From an uncultured Candidatus Saccharibacteria bacterium (GTDB lineage: Bacteria; Patescibacteriota; Minisyncoccia; Phycocordibacterales; UBA918), in assembly GCA_964350735.1 (NCBI GenBank), contig CAYGKO010000003.1, forward strand, positions 52,452 to 116,451: a stretch of DNA of 64,000 nucleotides. Direction: 5' to 3'. This document shows, in pieces, positions 27,333-36,933 of this stretch. Each line of letters begins with the position of its first letter. Position 1 is the first letter of the stretch. Below the pieces are notes generated by a model. The model saw only the letters and a program-made list of their open reading frames with translations. It was not told the DNA's origin and did no database searches. A program made the position numbers and the translations under genes.

Positions 27333-28694
27333 CTAACTTCCATCTAGAGTACGAATATCCTGTTCAAGCTGTGCCTTTCGCTCCATCACCTGATCCCCGT
27401 AGAAGAAGTTAGCTGGGTTACTTGCCCCTCCCCATCCGGCGTAATAACGTAATGCTGCTAGTCTATCTCCACCCCAAGTACCATTTGCCCCATTATCACG
27501 AAGGAGCAGTGCTGTCGCCGTAAAAGCATCTTGATTTACAAACGGACTGGAAGGGATATTTTTACCAAGCAGCGTCCGAATAGCATCACTACTTCGGCTG
27601 TATTGCCAACCACTACCAGTGTTCACAAAACCACCGTAGATAGCCCAAGTAGAAGGAATGAACTGTGATGCACCCATCGCACCTCCCCACCCAATCCGTG
27701 AACCATTTTGAATCAAAGGACATGAAACCGCCTGCGTCGCCGGGTCAAACCCCAGTTCAGCTGCGATCGCTAGGAACACTGGTTTATCACGGTCAGGATG
27801 CATAATATCCCTTCCTGACGTTACATCTCCCATAGTACAACCACCAATGTTGCTCCCAAATGAGGACTCTTGTTGCAAGATGGCTAAGATAAGTGATGGC
27901 TCTACTCCCACTGCTCCACCAGCGGTCTTCGCCAGTGCGATTGCCTCAGTTAACGGAATCTGTCCACCCCCACCCAAAAGATCAAACAATTCTGCCCGGA
28001 GCTGTGCCACAGTTTTTTGCTGTGAAGCCAACAGCTCTTGGTACGCCTCTTCTTCACCCTTGGTAACAGTAAGGATTTGTTCTTTCTCTTGCTCGCGTCG
28101 TTCAATCGCAGCTTTTTCTTGCTCTTGCAGCACCTTAAGCTGAGCTTCGGTCAGCTGTTTGTCTTCTAGGGAATTTTTCTGCAGCTCAGTGTCAGTCTTG
28201 ATCTCGTCGAGAACTACCATGGACTCATTCAGTGACTCATTAATTGATCGGAAACTTTCAAAGTCCGTAAAAAATTCAGAAAAGTTCTGATTACTCAACA
28301 AAACTTCTACTAACGAAAAATCATCCACTTCTTCAGTCTTACGAATTAGCTCGCCAATTGAATTACGTTGCTTCGTCAGTCGCTCACCTAAAATAATCAG
28401 TACCTCTTCCTTATCTCCAATCTGTTCAGTCAATTGCTCAATCGCAATTGACCGGGCCCGGATGCCCAACTGGGCTTTATCAATCTGTCCATCAATAATG
28501 GTCAAATCTCGTTCTAGTGATTGACGCTCTTCTTGCTTAGAATCTAGATCACGCTGACTTTGAATCATCTGCATCTCTACCTGCTGCAATTGAGCTTCCA
28601 GTCGGGCCTTGCGCTCATCATCGGTCTCAGCCATAACGCCGAGAGGAAAAACCCAAAAAGCGAGAAGTAGAAAACTGGCAACAGGACGTAACAT
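27333..28694 (-). CDS. Secreted coiled-coil protein with C-terminal lytic transglycosylase (SLT)-like domain
   Basis: Signal peptide starting from the ATG at 28694. Long heptad-rich N-terminal region. LAILQQESSFGSN resembles the SLT catalytic ES motif. Confidence 0.6.
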   Translation of the reverse strand: MLRPVASFLLLAFWVFPLGVMAETDDERKARLEAQLQQVEMQMIQSQRDLDSKQEERQSLERDLTIIDGQIDKAQLGIRARSIAIEQLTEQIGDKEEVLIILGERLTKQRNSIGELIRKTEEVDDFSLVEVLLSNQNFSEFFTDFESFRSINESLNESMVVLDEIKTDTELQKNSLEDKQLTEAQLKVLQEQEKAAIERREQEKEQILTVTKGEEEAYQELLASQQKTVAQLRAELFDLLGGGGQIPLTEAIALAKTAGGAVGVEPSLILAILQQESSFGSNIGGCTMGDVTSGRDIMHPDRDKPVFLAIAAELGFDPATQAVSCPLIQNGSRIGWGGAMGASQFIPSTWAIYGGFVNTGSGWQYSRSSDAIRTLLGKNIPSSPFVNQDAFTATALLLRDNGANGTWGGDRLAALRYYAGWGGASNPANFFYGDQVMERKAQLEQDIRTLDGS

Positions 28695-28781
28695 AGCAAT
28701 AGTATACCAATGAATTGGCAACATGAAAAAGGACGACACATCCTTGAGATGTGTCGTCCTTTCCCTGTATCGAGTTTAGAA

Positions 28782-29432
28782 TTACTCAGCTGGAGTTTCA
28801 GCTGCTCCTTCATTTTTACCCTTCCCTTTTTCTTCAACTTCAATTGTATCCATATCCGGAGCTGCTGGAGCTTCTTCCGGCTCCTCTTCTCGGGCTGCAG
28901 AGACAGCTACCACAACGTCCTCTGGTTCTGCAGAAAGTGTAACGTCAGCAGCTACTGCAAGGTCTTTGATCAAAATCTGAGCATCTTCTGTTTCGAGGAC
29001 TGAGAGGTCAACTTCAATGCTAGACGGTAGCGCACTTGGTCGACATGTCACTTCAACATCAAGCATAACTTTGTTCACCGATGCGCCTGATTTTTCTACT
29101 GGCGCTTCACCAATAAACTCAAGTGGCACGTTAGTTGTTAGTTCCTTTCCACGCTCAATAGCATAGAAGTCGACATGATTTACTCCACCCTTAGTCACAT
29201 CAAATGATGCATCTTGTACGAGCACTTCAATTTCTTCTTCCAATCCCGTAAGAGTAATGATGGTTGACTCTCCTGCAGTTTGCATGAGTTTATCAAACGT
29301 AATTTTATCTACAGCGATAGAAATAGGCTCTTGTTTTGGACCATATACAATACCAGGAAGATTCCCGGCAGTTCGAACTGCTACGGCAGACTCTTTGGCA
29401 TCACGTTTGGTTACAGCTAAAGTTGTGTTCAT
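28782..29432 (-). CDS. rplY: 50S ribosomal protein L25 / general stress protein Ctc with acidic C-terminal extension
   Basis: L25 beta-barrel N-terminal region. ATG at 29432. Confidence 0.8.
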   Translation of the reverse strand: MNTTLAVTKRDAKESAVAVRTAGNLPGIVYGPKQEPISIAVDKITFDKLMQTAGESTIITLTGLEEEIEVLVQDASFDVTKGGVNHVDFYAIERGKELTTNVPLEFIGEAPVEKSGASVNKVMLDVEVTCRPSALPSSIEVDLSVLETEDAQILIKDLAVAADVTLSAEPEDVVVAVSAAREEEPEEAPAAPDMDTIEVEEKGKGKNEGAAETPAE

Positions 29433-29498
29433 ATCATTTATATTTATGGCGATTACCATAGCACACTTTGGGGAAAGCTCAATGAGCGAACGAGTACG

Positions 29499-30521
29499 AT
29501 GTTATACTTTACCCGTATGTCACAACAATATGATTTCGTTGCCTTTGGCGACATTGTAGTCGATGCTTTTATTCAATTAAACAAAGACATGGCTGATGTC
29601 AGCCAAGACCTTGATACCGGTAGAAAGACGCTGCAGATGCCGTTTGGTAGCAAACTACCATACGAAGACGTTACTGTTGTTAATGCGGTTGGAAATTCAC
29701 CAAACGCTGCAGTTTCTGCCCATCGCCTTGGCTTAAACACCGCTCTCGTAACCAGTGTTGGAACCGACCGCTACGGAAAAGACTGTTTAGATGCCCTTCG
29801 AACTGAAGGCGTGCATACAGACTACGTAAAGCAGCACGAAGGTAAAGAAACAAACTACCACTATGTATTGCGATACGGCCCAGAGCGGACCATCCTCATC
29901 AAGCATGAACAGTATCCATATGTAATGCCAGACTTTGCTGAACCACCTCGATATATTTATTTCTCATCTATTGGTGAGCATGGGGTTGATTTCCATTTCG
30001 AACTCGCTAAATACATCAAAGCCAATCCCGAAACTAAATTAGTCTTCCAACCTGGAACCTTCCAAATCAAATTGGGAGCGGAAAAACTACGGGAACTATA
30101 CGAAGTGACTGAGATCTTTTTCTGCAACAAAGAAGAAGCTCAAGAAATCCTCGGTAGCGACGAACGAGATGTACCAACCCTGATCCGTGCCTTCAAAGAA
30201 CTCGGACCAAAGATGCCGGTAATTACCGACGGACCAAACGGAGCTTATGTAGTAGATGAAGACGACCAGGCCTGGCACATGCCAATGTACCCAGATCCCG
30301 CTCCACCAGTAGACCGTACTGGTGCTGGTGATTCATTCTCTTCAACTTTCACTGCTGCTATTGCTTTGGGTAAAACACCAGCTGAAGCACTCTCGTGGGG
30401 ACCAATCAACTCTATGAGTGTCGTGCAGCACATCGGTGCTCAAGCTGGACTCCTCTCAATGGACCAACTACAGTCATACCTAGCAGACGCTCCAGAAGAG
30501 TACGTGGCAAAAAAGATCTAA
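29499..30521 (+). CDS. PfkB-family carbohydrate kinase (ribokinase-like)
   Basis: DRTGAGDSF motif and an N-terminal GD-rich fold. Alternative ATG at 29517. Confidence 0.8.
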   Translation: MLYFTRMSQQYDFVAFGDIVVDAFIQLNKDMADVSQDLDTGRKTLQMPFGSKLPYEDVTVVNAVGNSPNAAVSAHRLGLNTALVTSVGTDRYGKDCLDALRTEGVHTDYVKQHEGKETNYHYVLRYGPERTILIKHEQYPYVMPDFAEPPRYIYFSSIGEHGVDFHFELAKYIKANPETKLVFQPGTFQIKLGAEKLRELYEVTEIFFCNKEEAQEILGSDERDVPTLIRAFKELGPKMPVITDGPNGAYVVDEDDQAWHMPMYPDPAPPVDRTGAGDSFSSTFTAAIALGKTPAEALSWGPINSMSVVQHIGAQAGLLSMDQLQSYLADAPEEYVAKKI

Positions 30522-30535
30522 CTTCGGGCGCAAAC

Positions 30536-30570
30536 ATAAAAAAAGCCGCAATTACTTTGCGGCTTTTTTT
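30536..30570. terminator. Bidirectional intrinsic terminator
   Basis: A run, gccgca, attactt, tgcggc, ttttttt. Confidence 0.8.
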
Positions 30571-30582
30571 ATTTAAAACTCA

Positions 30583-31209
30583 TTAGTCCAACAATGCTCG
30601 GCAAAGGGTCAGATCATTTCCGGCTCCAAATGTTGCGTCTGCTACAACTGCTTCTCCACAGTATTCGTTCGCTCCTTTAAGGATAAACCAAACACTGTAA
30701 TGCCGCGGCTGACACACCGCCTGTTTTCCAACTTGATCAGGATTACTTTGATTGGTTGGAGACGTTGGCTGAGCTGGATCATGAATAACACATCCACTCA
30801 ATGCCGGTGAACTATACGCCACTCCACCACTCGTAAATTCCTGTCGCGGCAGTTGTGACATATATTTTGCCATCTCTGTATAGAGTAGATTGCCTGCGGG
30901 CGCAGGGTTTGCTTCTGAAATACTGCCAAGGCACCTTCCAACCGCTCCATCGCCGATGCAAACCTTGCGGTGCCTGAATGCGTCTGACTGACTTCCAAAA
31001 GCAATCGGATACACCCCTAAATCTGAATACACTAAATTCAGTGCTTTTTCATACTCATTCATCTGCGATAGAATTGCGGCATTATCTGCCTTGTCTCGAG
31101 ACACGTTTAAACTGGCCAATACGACTACCGCTAAAATACCGATGATCGCCATCACCACCAACAACTCTAGTAACGTAAAACCTTTTTTAGTATTAATCAG
31201 AAACTTCAT
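30583..31209 (-). CDS. Type IV pilin-like protein (prepilin N-terminal methylation motif)
   Basis: KKGFTLLELLVVMAIIGIL class III signal. Overlaps the transketolase C-subunit gene by 17 nt. Confidence 0.75.
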   Translation of the reverse strand: MKFLINTKKGFTLLELLVVMAIIGILAVVVLASLNVSRDKADNAAILSQMNEYEKALNLVYSDLGVYPIAFGSQSDAFRHRKVCIGDGAVGRCLGSISEANPAPAGNLLYTEMAKYMSQLPRQEFTSGGVAYSSPALSGCVIHDPAQPTSPTNQSNPDQVGKQAVCQPRHYSVWFILKGANEYCGEAVVADATFGAGNDLTLCRALLD

Positions 31210-32179
31210 GTGTTACTCGACTTACAATGCTGTCTGCATCAATACCGTAGTGTGTCAGTAATTCATTTGGTTCACCTGATTGACCAAATTGGTCTTCAAT
31301 TCCGATTCGGATCATTTTTGTCGGACATTCAGAGGCCAGCACCTCTGCAATCGCAGAACCCATGCCCCCAGCAACCTGATGCTCTTCGACAGAAACAATA
31401 CAAACGCTTCGCTTAGCTGCAGCAATAATAGCTTCTACATCAAGTGGTTTGATAGTCCCTAAGTGTGCCACCTCAGTTTTAATACCAGCATCATTCAGTC
31501 GTTTTCCAGCTTCAAGTGCTTGGTACACAACTGTTCCAGTTGAAATAATAGTCACAATATCCTCACCTTCGACTTCAATCAAAGACAGGAGCTTACCCGG
31601 CTCACACGGTGTCTTATCAGTCGTTACTACCGGAGTTTTTTCTCGCGCAATCCGCATATACACCGGACCCTCATATTCAGCTGCCCACTGTGTCATCTTA
31701 CGGGCTTCATTGATATCACAGGGAGCAAGTACGGTCATGCCTGGAATAACCCGCATAATGGCGATATCTTCAATCGCTTGATGTGTAGCCCCGTCAGGAC
31801 CGACTGATACTCCAGAATGAGCACCAATTATTTTCACATTCGCTTCGTTATATGCAATTGTAGTACGGACCTGCTCCCAACTACGCCCGGGCGAAAACAT
31901 GGCGTACGAAGCAATAAAAGGAATCTTACCCATAGCTGCCATTCCCGAAGCTACCGAGGCCATATTTTGTTCTGCGATTCCTACTTGAACGAAGCGCTCA
32001 GGAAACGCGTCAGCAAACAAGCTCGTCTTTGTTGATCCCGTTAGATCAGCACTTAATGCGACTACTTTATTGTTCTTCTCACCGGCCGTTAGAAGTCCCT
32101 CTCCATAACCAATTCGGTTAGGCTCAGATGGGAGCGCCGCTTTAAATAAATCTGGATGTAGATGTGATGCAATTTTCAT
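31193..32179 (-). CDS. Transketolase, C-terminal (pyrimidine-binding) subunit of a split enzyme
   Basis: Transketolase Pyr and C-terminal domain sequence. ATG at 32179. Confidence 0.9.
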   Translation of the reverse strand: MKIASHLHPDLFKAALPSEPNRIGYGEGLLTAGEKNNKVVALSADLTGSTKTSLFADAFPERFVQVGIAEQNMASVASGMAAMGKIPFIASYAMFSPGRSWEQVRTTIAYNEANVKIIGAHSGVSVGPDGATHQAIEDIAIMRVIPGMTVLAPCDINEARKMTQWAAEYEGPVYMRIAREKTPVVTTDKTPCEPGKLLSLIEVEGEDIVTIISTGTVVYQALEAGKRLNDAGIKTEVAHLGTIKPLDVEAIIAAAKRSVCIVSVEEHQVAGGMGSAIAEVLASECPTKMIRIGIEDQFGQSGEPNELLTHYGIDADSIVSRVTHEVSD

Positions 32180-32183
32180 ACTA

Positions 32184-33077
32184 TTACGTGTCTGAAGGTT
32201 CAATGGCACCGGCTAAGGTACGCAGTTTTTCTAATGCTACTCGCGCCTGCTCGCCTTTGGCTACAAAATTTTCTGGACCTTTGCCAGGAGGATTGCCGTG
32301 CCATCTAAAATCTCGCTCAAACACATCAACCCCTTTTGCCGGGATAGTGTGGGCAATAATTATTGACGGCTGCCCATACACAGCCTGGGCTTTCCCAATC
32401 GCGTCATTTACTTGTCGAATATTGTGACCGTCTACTTCTTGTACATCAAAGTTAAAGGACTCCAGCTTTTCTCGGAATGGCTCCAAAGGCATTACGTCTT
32501 TCGTATAACCATCAATCTGAATACCGTTCCTGTCTACTATTACAATTAGATTATGAAGCTCTTCTTTGCCGGCTAACATAGCTGCTTCCCACATCTGGCC
32601 TTCATTCCACTCGCCGTCGCCGGTAATACAATACATGTATTTAGAGCTGTATGGATTGTCCATCCGTTCAGCAATAGACATGCCGACCGCTTGCGATAGT
32701 CCTGAACCAAGTGGACCTGAACTAGTTTCAATACCAGGAAGTGCGGTGCGGTGCGGATGACCTTGTAGACGTGATCCAAACTTACGAAGTGTCAGCAGCT
32801 CTTCTACTGGAAAGTATCCGGAGTGCGCCATAGCCGCATATAAGACCGGACAAATATGTCCGGCTGAAAGCACTAGTCGATCACGATCAGCCCAGTCAGG
32901 ATTTTTTGGATCATGTTTTAAAACCTCAAAATACAGAAGCGCAAAAATATCAGCCGTACCTAACGGACCAGAGGTGTGACCACTACCAGCCTCAATCAAC
33001 ATTTCAATAATACTCTGGCGAATATCATTGGCCTTCTTTTCTAATTTGATCACGTCTGTTTGACTGAGATAGTGCAT
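32184..33077 (-). CDS. Transketolase, N-terminal (TPP-binding) subunit of a split enzyme
   Basis: GSGHTSGPLG ... GDGEWNEGQ thiamine-diphosphate-binding motifs. Confidence 0.9.
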   Translation of the reverse strand: MHYLSQTDVIKLEKKANDIRQSIIEMLIEAGSGHTSGPLGTADIFALLYFEVLKHDPKNPDWADRDRLVLSAGHICPVLYAAMAHSGYFPVEELLTLRKFGSRLQGHPHRTALPGIETSSGPLGSGLSQAVGMSIAERMDNPYSSKYMYCITGDGEWNEGQMWEAAMLAGKEELHNLIVIVDRNGIQIDGYTKDVMPLEPFREKLESFNFDVQEVDGHNIRQVNDAIGKAQAVYGQPSIIIAHTIPAKGVDVFERDFRWHGNPPGKGPENFVAKGEQARVALEKLRTLAGAIEPSDT

Positions 33078-33128
33078 ATAGAGTAAGTATAAAAGAGATT
33101 CATCAGATCCAAAGGTCTAGCCTGTTCA

Positions 33129-33785
33129 TTACGTCGCCTGTGATAGTTCTGACAACTGATCAAAGACCCGTTGAGGATCTGTCGATCCCATAATAGCTGA
33201 ACCTACTACGAATCGTTCAGCTCCTGCTGAAAGTAAGCGAGGTAGTGTACGTTCATTAACACTACCATCTACACTAATAACTAAATCTGAGTGTAAAGAC
33301 TTTAAATCAACAATCCGCTGCAGTACACGTTCGTCAAAGGGTTGCCCCTGGGATCCAATTTGTGCGATACCCATCACCTGTACAAAATCTACACGATCTA
33401 AATATGGTTCTACTACTTTTAAGGTTGTATCGTTTTCAATTGCCAACCCTACAGCCACCCTACTTTGTTCACATAAATTAAAGGCTTGTTCAAGCTCTGC
33501 TGGGCTCGCAGCTTCAATATGAATAATCATTCTTTCGATATCGACTGACAACCACTCTATAATAGACGGGATAATGTCCTGAGCCATCAGATCAATCCCA
33601 ATCTTAAAATCTGGTATTGGGTTTACCAGATCGAAATGACGCACGTCTCCAGCATAGGGCCAAGAAGTCTGAGGAGCAAATACCCCATCCACAACATCAA
33701 TTTGCACCTGAGAAGCAAATGGCACTCGAGCCAGTTGGTTACGCAAATCTTTTAGCGACTTCGGGATAATAGCTGGAATGATCAT
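33129..33785 (-). CDS. rpe: Ribulose-phosphate 3-epimerase-like TIM-barrel protein
   Basis: MIIPAI ... IDVVDGVFAP, resembling the RPE HVDVMDGHFVP motif. Sits in the pentose-phosphate operon. Confidence 0.7.
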   Translation of the reverse strand: MIIPAIIPKSLKDLRNQLARVPFASQVQIDVVDGVFAPQTSWPYAGDVRHFDLVNPIPDFKIGIDLMAQDIIPSIIEWLSVDIERMIIHIEAASPAELEQAFNLCEQSRVAVGLAIENDTTLKVVEPYLDRVDFVQVMGIAQIGSQGQPFDERVLQRIVDLKSLHSDLVISVDGSVNERTLPRLLSAGAERFVVGSAIMGSTDPQRVFDQLSELSQAT

Positions 33786-33795
33786 AATCTAGGAC

Positions 33796-34260
33796 TTAAT
33801 ACATCTGATCGGTAATCTCTTTTATCTGATCAATCCGGCGCTGATATTTCTCATCAGCTAACGGCTTCGTCTTAAACCATAATTCAATAATTTTTTTTGC
33901 TTCTACAGCTGATACAAATCGCGCTCCTATAGAAAGCACATTAGCATCATTGTGTTCTCGAGATAATTTTACTATTTCGACTGCACCACCATAATAAACA
34001 ATCGCTCGCACTCGCGTAAAGCGGTTGGCTAACATAGCCTCTCCTTGTCCTGAACCACCAAAGATAACCGCTCTGTTGTTTTCAGGGTCTGCAGCTACTG
34101 CAGCGGCAGCTTCTGTAATGAAGACTGGGAAATCATCAACCGGGTCATATTCATGCGCACCACAGTCAATTACTTCAAAACCCAATTCAGACTCAAGAAA
34201 TACCTTAATCTCATTCTTTAATTCAAACCCAGCGTGATCTGTAGCGAGAAATACTTTCAT
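33796..34260 (-). CDS. rpiB: Ribose-5-phosphate isomerase B
   Basis: RpiB/LacAB fold sequence (LATDHAGFELK ... GGSGQGEAM). Confidence 0.85.
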   Translation of the reverse strand: MKVFLATDHAGFELKNEIKVFLESELGFEVIDCGAHEYDPVDDFPVFITEAAAAVAADPENNRAVIFGGSGQGEAMLANRFTRVRAIVYYGGAVEIVKLSREHNDANVLSIGARFVSAVEAKKIIELWFKTKPLADEKYQRRIDQIKEITDQMY

Positions 34261-34261
34261 G

Positions 34262-35299
34262 CTAAGCAGTGTCCTTGGCGTTGAAATACTTGGCTACTGC
34301 ACTAACATGCTCGACCAGAGTATGCGTGTAACTGGTCTCGTTGTCATACCAGGCCAGCACCTTTACTAAGTTTCCGCCAACCACACGAGTCATAGAAAGA
34401 TCTGCTATAGCTGCAAAACGCGCTCCAATAATATCCGAAGATACTACCGGTTCATCCGTAACAGCAAATAGATTTTTCCAAGCATCTGATTCAGCAGCTG
34501 CTTTAAAAGCAGCGTTGACCTCTTCAACTGTAGTATCTTTCGAAGCTATAAATGTCACATCAACAATCGACCCGACTGGCACCGGCACTCGAATAGCAAT
34601 GCCATCAAATTTATTTTCTAAGTCAGTATGTGCAAGAGTAGTTGCTTTAGCTGCACCCGTTGAGGTTGGAATGATATTTTGCGCTGCTGCTCTTCCTTTA
34701 CGGAAGTCTTTACTCGGTCCATCAATTAACGCTTGAGTTGCTGTATATGCGTGGATTGTGTTAAGAATTGCTTTATCTATTCCAATAGCGTCTTTCAAGA
34801 TTGCGACCAGCGGACTTGTTGCGTTGGTGGTACATGATGCGTTTGAACTAATCGAACACGATGACAAGGCAGCATCGTTTACACCCATCAGTACAGTCGC
34901 CCCGGTCACACCAGCTGCTGCTGGATCATCTTTTACCGGACCTGAAATTACTACACGCTTTGCCCCAGCTTCAAGATGAAGCTTTGAACCTTCATAGCTG
35001 GTAAAAAATCCCGTTGCTTCTACCACGATATCAACATTCATTGTGCCCCACGGCAAAGCTTTTGGATCACGTTCACTCAAAAAGCTTATCTGCTTCCCAT
35101 CGACAATTAAGTTCTCATCTTGGACCGACACATCAAATTCTCCTCGTCCATATGCAGTGTCATATTTCAATAGATAGGCTAGGTTTTCTAAGCTACCTAA
35201 GTCATTAATGGCTACGATCTCAAAATTTGGATTCGCGTGAGCCATCTTAAAAAACGTCCGTCCAATTCTGCCAAAACCATTAATTGCTACTCGTGTCAT
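34262..35299 (-). CDS. gap: Glyceraldehyde-3-phosphate dehydrogenase
   Basis: NGFGRIGR NAD-binding motif and SCTTN active-site Cys. Confidence 0.95.
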   Translation of the reverse strand: MTRVAINGFGRIGRTFFKMAHANPNFEIVAINDLGSLENLAYLLKYDTAYGRGEFDVSVQDENLIVDGKQISFLSERDPKALPWGTMNVDIVVEATGFFTSYEGSKLHLEAGAKRVVISGPVKDDPAAAGVTGATVLMGVNDAALSSCSISSNASCTTNATSPLVAILKDAIGIDKAILNTIHAYTATQALIDGPSKDFRKGRAAAQNIIPTSTGAAKATTLAHTDLENKFDGIAIRVPVPVGSIVDVTFIASKDTTVEEVNAAFKAAAESDAWKNLFAVTDEPVVSSDIIGARFAAIADLSMTRVVGGNLVKVLAWYDNETSYTHTLVEHVSAVAKYFNAKDTA

Positions 35300-35373
35300 A
35301 AAACTAAAGAACTAAATATAATAAATTGAAAACCTATAATTACTACTTAACTATACGGTACTACTGCTCATTT

Positions 35374-36933
35374 CTAAACCGACATATCCTCACGTTGCTG
35401 GAACAATCTACGCGCCATAATGCCAAGTAACACAAAAAGTGGCAGCAACCAAATAAACCACACGGAGGCAAATACTGCTTCAGTATCCTTAAACACCGTA
35501 ATCTGTCTTACCTCTATCACTCCAGTCAATTTTTTAATACCTTTAGTCTTAAAATCAAACACTTCAAAACTAAAATCATATTCACCAGGTACCAACAAGG
35601 CTCCGATCTCAGCTTCATAGGCCGTCTTGTCAGCATTTACTCGCAATAAAAACGCGAACACTTTTCCGTTTTGTGGATGCACCAGTCGTACTATCACTGT
35701 CTTGAGATGTTCAGGCAAGCGCTCATACGGCACCGATATCAATGTAGTTTGATTATTAGTAATCACCACCCTTTCATCTACAAACACCGCAACATTTCCC
35801 CGTCGGTCACTGAATGATATGTCTGCAATCGATACTACTGTAGTGTTTTCCCCCATCGGTAAACTAATATCTACAGTATCATCAAGTGCCGCATTAGACT
35901 GAGCTTCATCTATTTCGCCTGTGGAGCGTGAAAAATATATTTCAGTCACTGCTCCAGAGGAACTGTTTCCAGCTTCATCATAAGCAAAAATTGTATAAAA
36001 TCTACGCGCACTGTCTGCGGTACGACCGTCAAAAGTTTCTGCGGCATCACCTTCGTACACCAGATAACCTCCTTGTAAATCTGTCGGATAGAACTGATCG
36101 CTACTAAGCACTCTGACTTTCTGAAAATCATCTTCATTAGGATTAGTCCAACTTAATTGCACTCCAGTTTCTGTACCTATGGCTGAAAAGTTCATCGGAT
36201 TTGCCGGAGCCTGGACATCAGGGCGAGACAAAGTTCTAAAACTAACTGTTTCAATTGCAATCTTACCCGAGGAATCTCTCACCTGAATCTGGAGTTCATA
36301 AACAGAATCTGGTGCTAAACCATTAATTAGTACCTGGTGATCTTTCTTAAAGGCAGCACCGGTACTGAATCCTAATTCAAAGTCGACTGTTCTACCCCAA
36401 GCTATCTCAGCTTGAGTCAAACGATTGGTGGAGAACGAAACTGTTGCACTATCTATTTGGGTGTCAATATTTATAGTATCAATACGTACTGCAGCCTGAT
36501 TCACTATACGCCCTCCAAAACTAATCTCGGGAGTTGTGGTCGGTGTGGTAGTAGCAACAACCACTGGTAGTGTCACTGCCGTCGCAGTGGCTGACGTCGT
36601 AGAAAAATTAAAACTTGTGTCAAAAGCCCGGATCGTATAGTCATAGCTAGTACTGGCGGTTAGGCCAGTGTCTGAAAAGTTAACCAGCGAAGTAGTGGCA
36701 ATTTGTATCGTATCTCTAAATACTTGGTAGCCTCCTAATGCAAAGTTATCCGAAGACGCATCCCAGCTGACATCAATTTGGGCACTGGTCACTGGTGTTG
36801 CAAGTACGTTCAATGGTGTGGTTGGCGGTACAATATCGCCCCCAACCAAAGATTGGATCGTAAATTCATCAGTAGCCGCAAAAGCCACCTGCGTAGTAAT
36901 GAAACAAAGGATTACTAGAAGAATCTGTTTCAT
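35374..36933 (-). CDS. Secreted fibronectin-III-domain surface protein with C-terminal TM anchor (519 aa)
   Basis: Signal peptide. FN3-like segment (PTTPLNVLATPVTSAQIDVSWDAS ... YDYTIRAFD). C-terminal TM helix plus RR. Confidence 0.65.
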   Translation of the reverse strand: MKQILLVILCFITTQVAFAATDEFTIQSLVGGDIVPPTTPLNVLATPVTSAQIDVSWDASSDNFALGGYQVFRDTIQIATTSLVNFSDTGLTASTSYDYTIRAFDTSFNFSTTSATATAVTLPVVVATTTPTTTPEISFGGRIVNQAAVRIDTINIDTQIDSATVSFSTNRLTQAEIAWGRTVDFELGFSTGAAFKKDHQVLINGLAPDSVYELQIQVRDSSGKIAIETVSFRTLSRPDVQAPANPMNFSAIGTETGVQLSWTNPNEDDFQKVRVLSSDQFYPTDLQGGYLVYEGDAAETFDGRTADSARRFYTIFAYDEAGNSSSGAVTEIYFSRSTGEIDEAQSNAALDDTVDISLPMGENTTVVSIADISFSDRRGNVAVFVDERVVITNNQTTLISVPYERLPEHLKTVIVRLVHPQNGKVFAFLLRVNADKTAYEAEIGALLVPGEYDFSFEVFDFKTKGIKKLTGVIEVRQITVFKDTEAVFASVWFIWLLPLFVLLGIMARRLFQQREDMSV

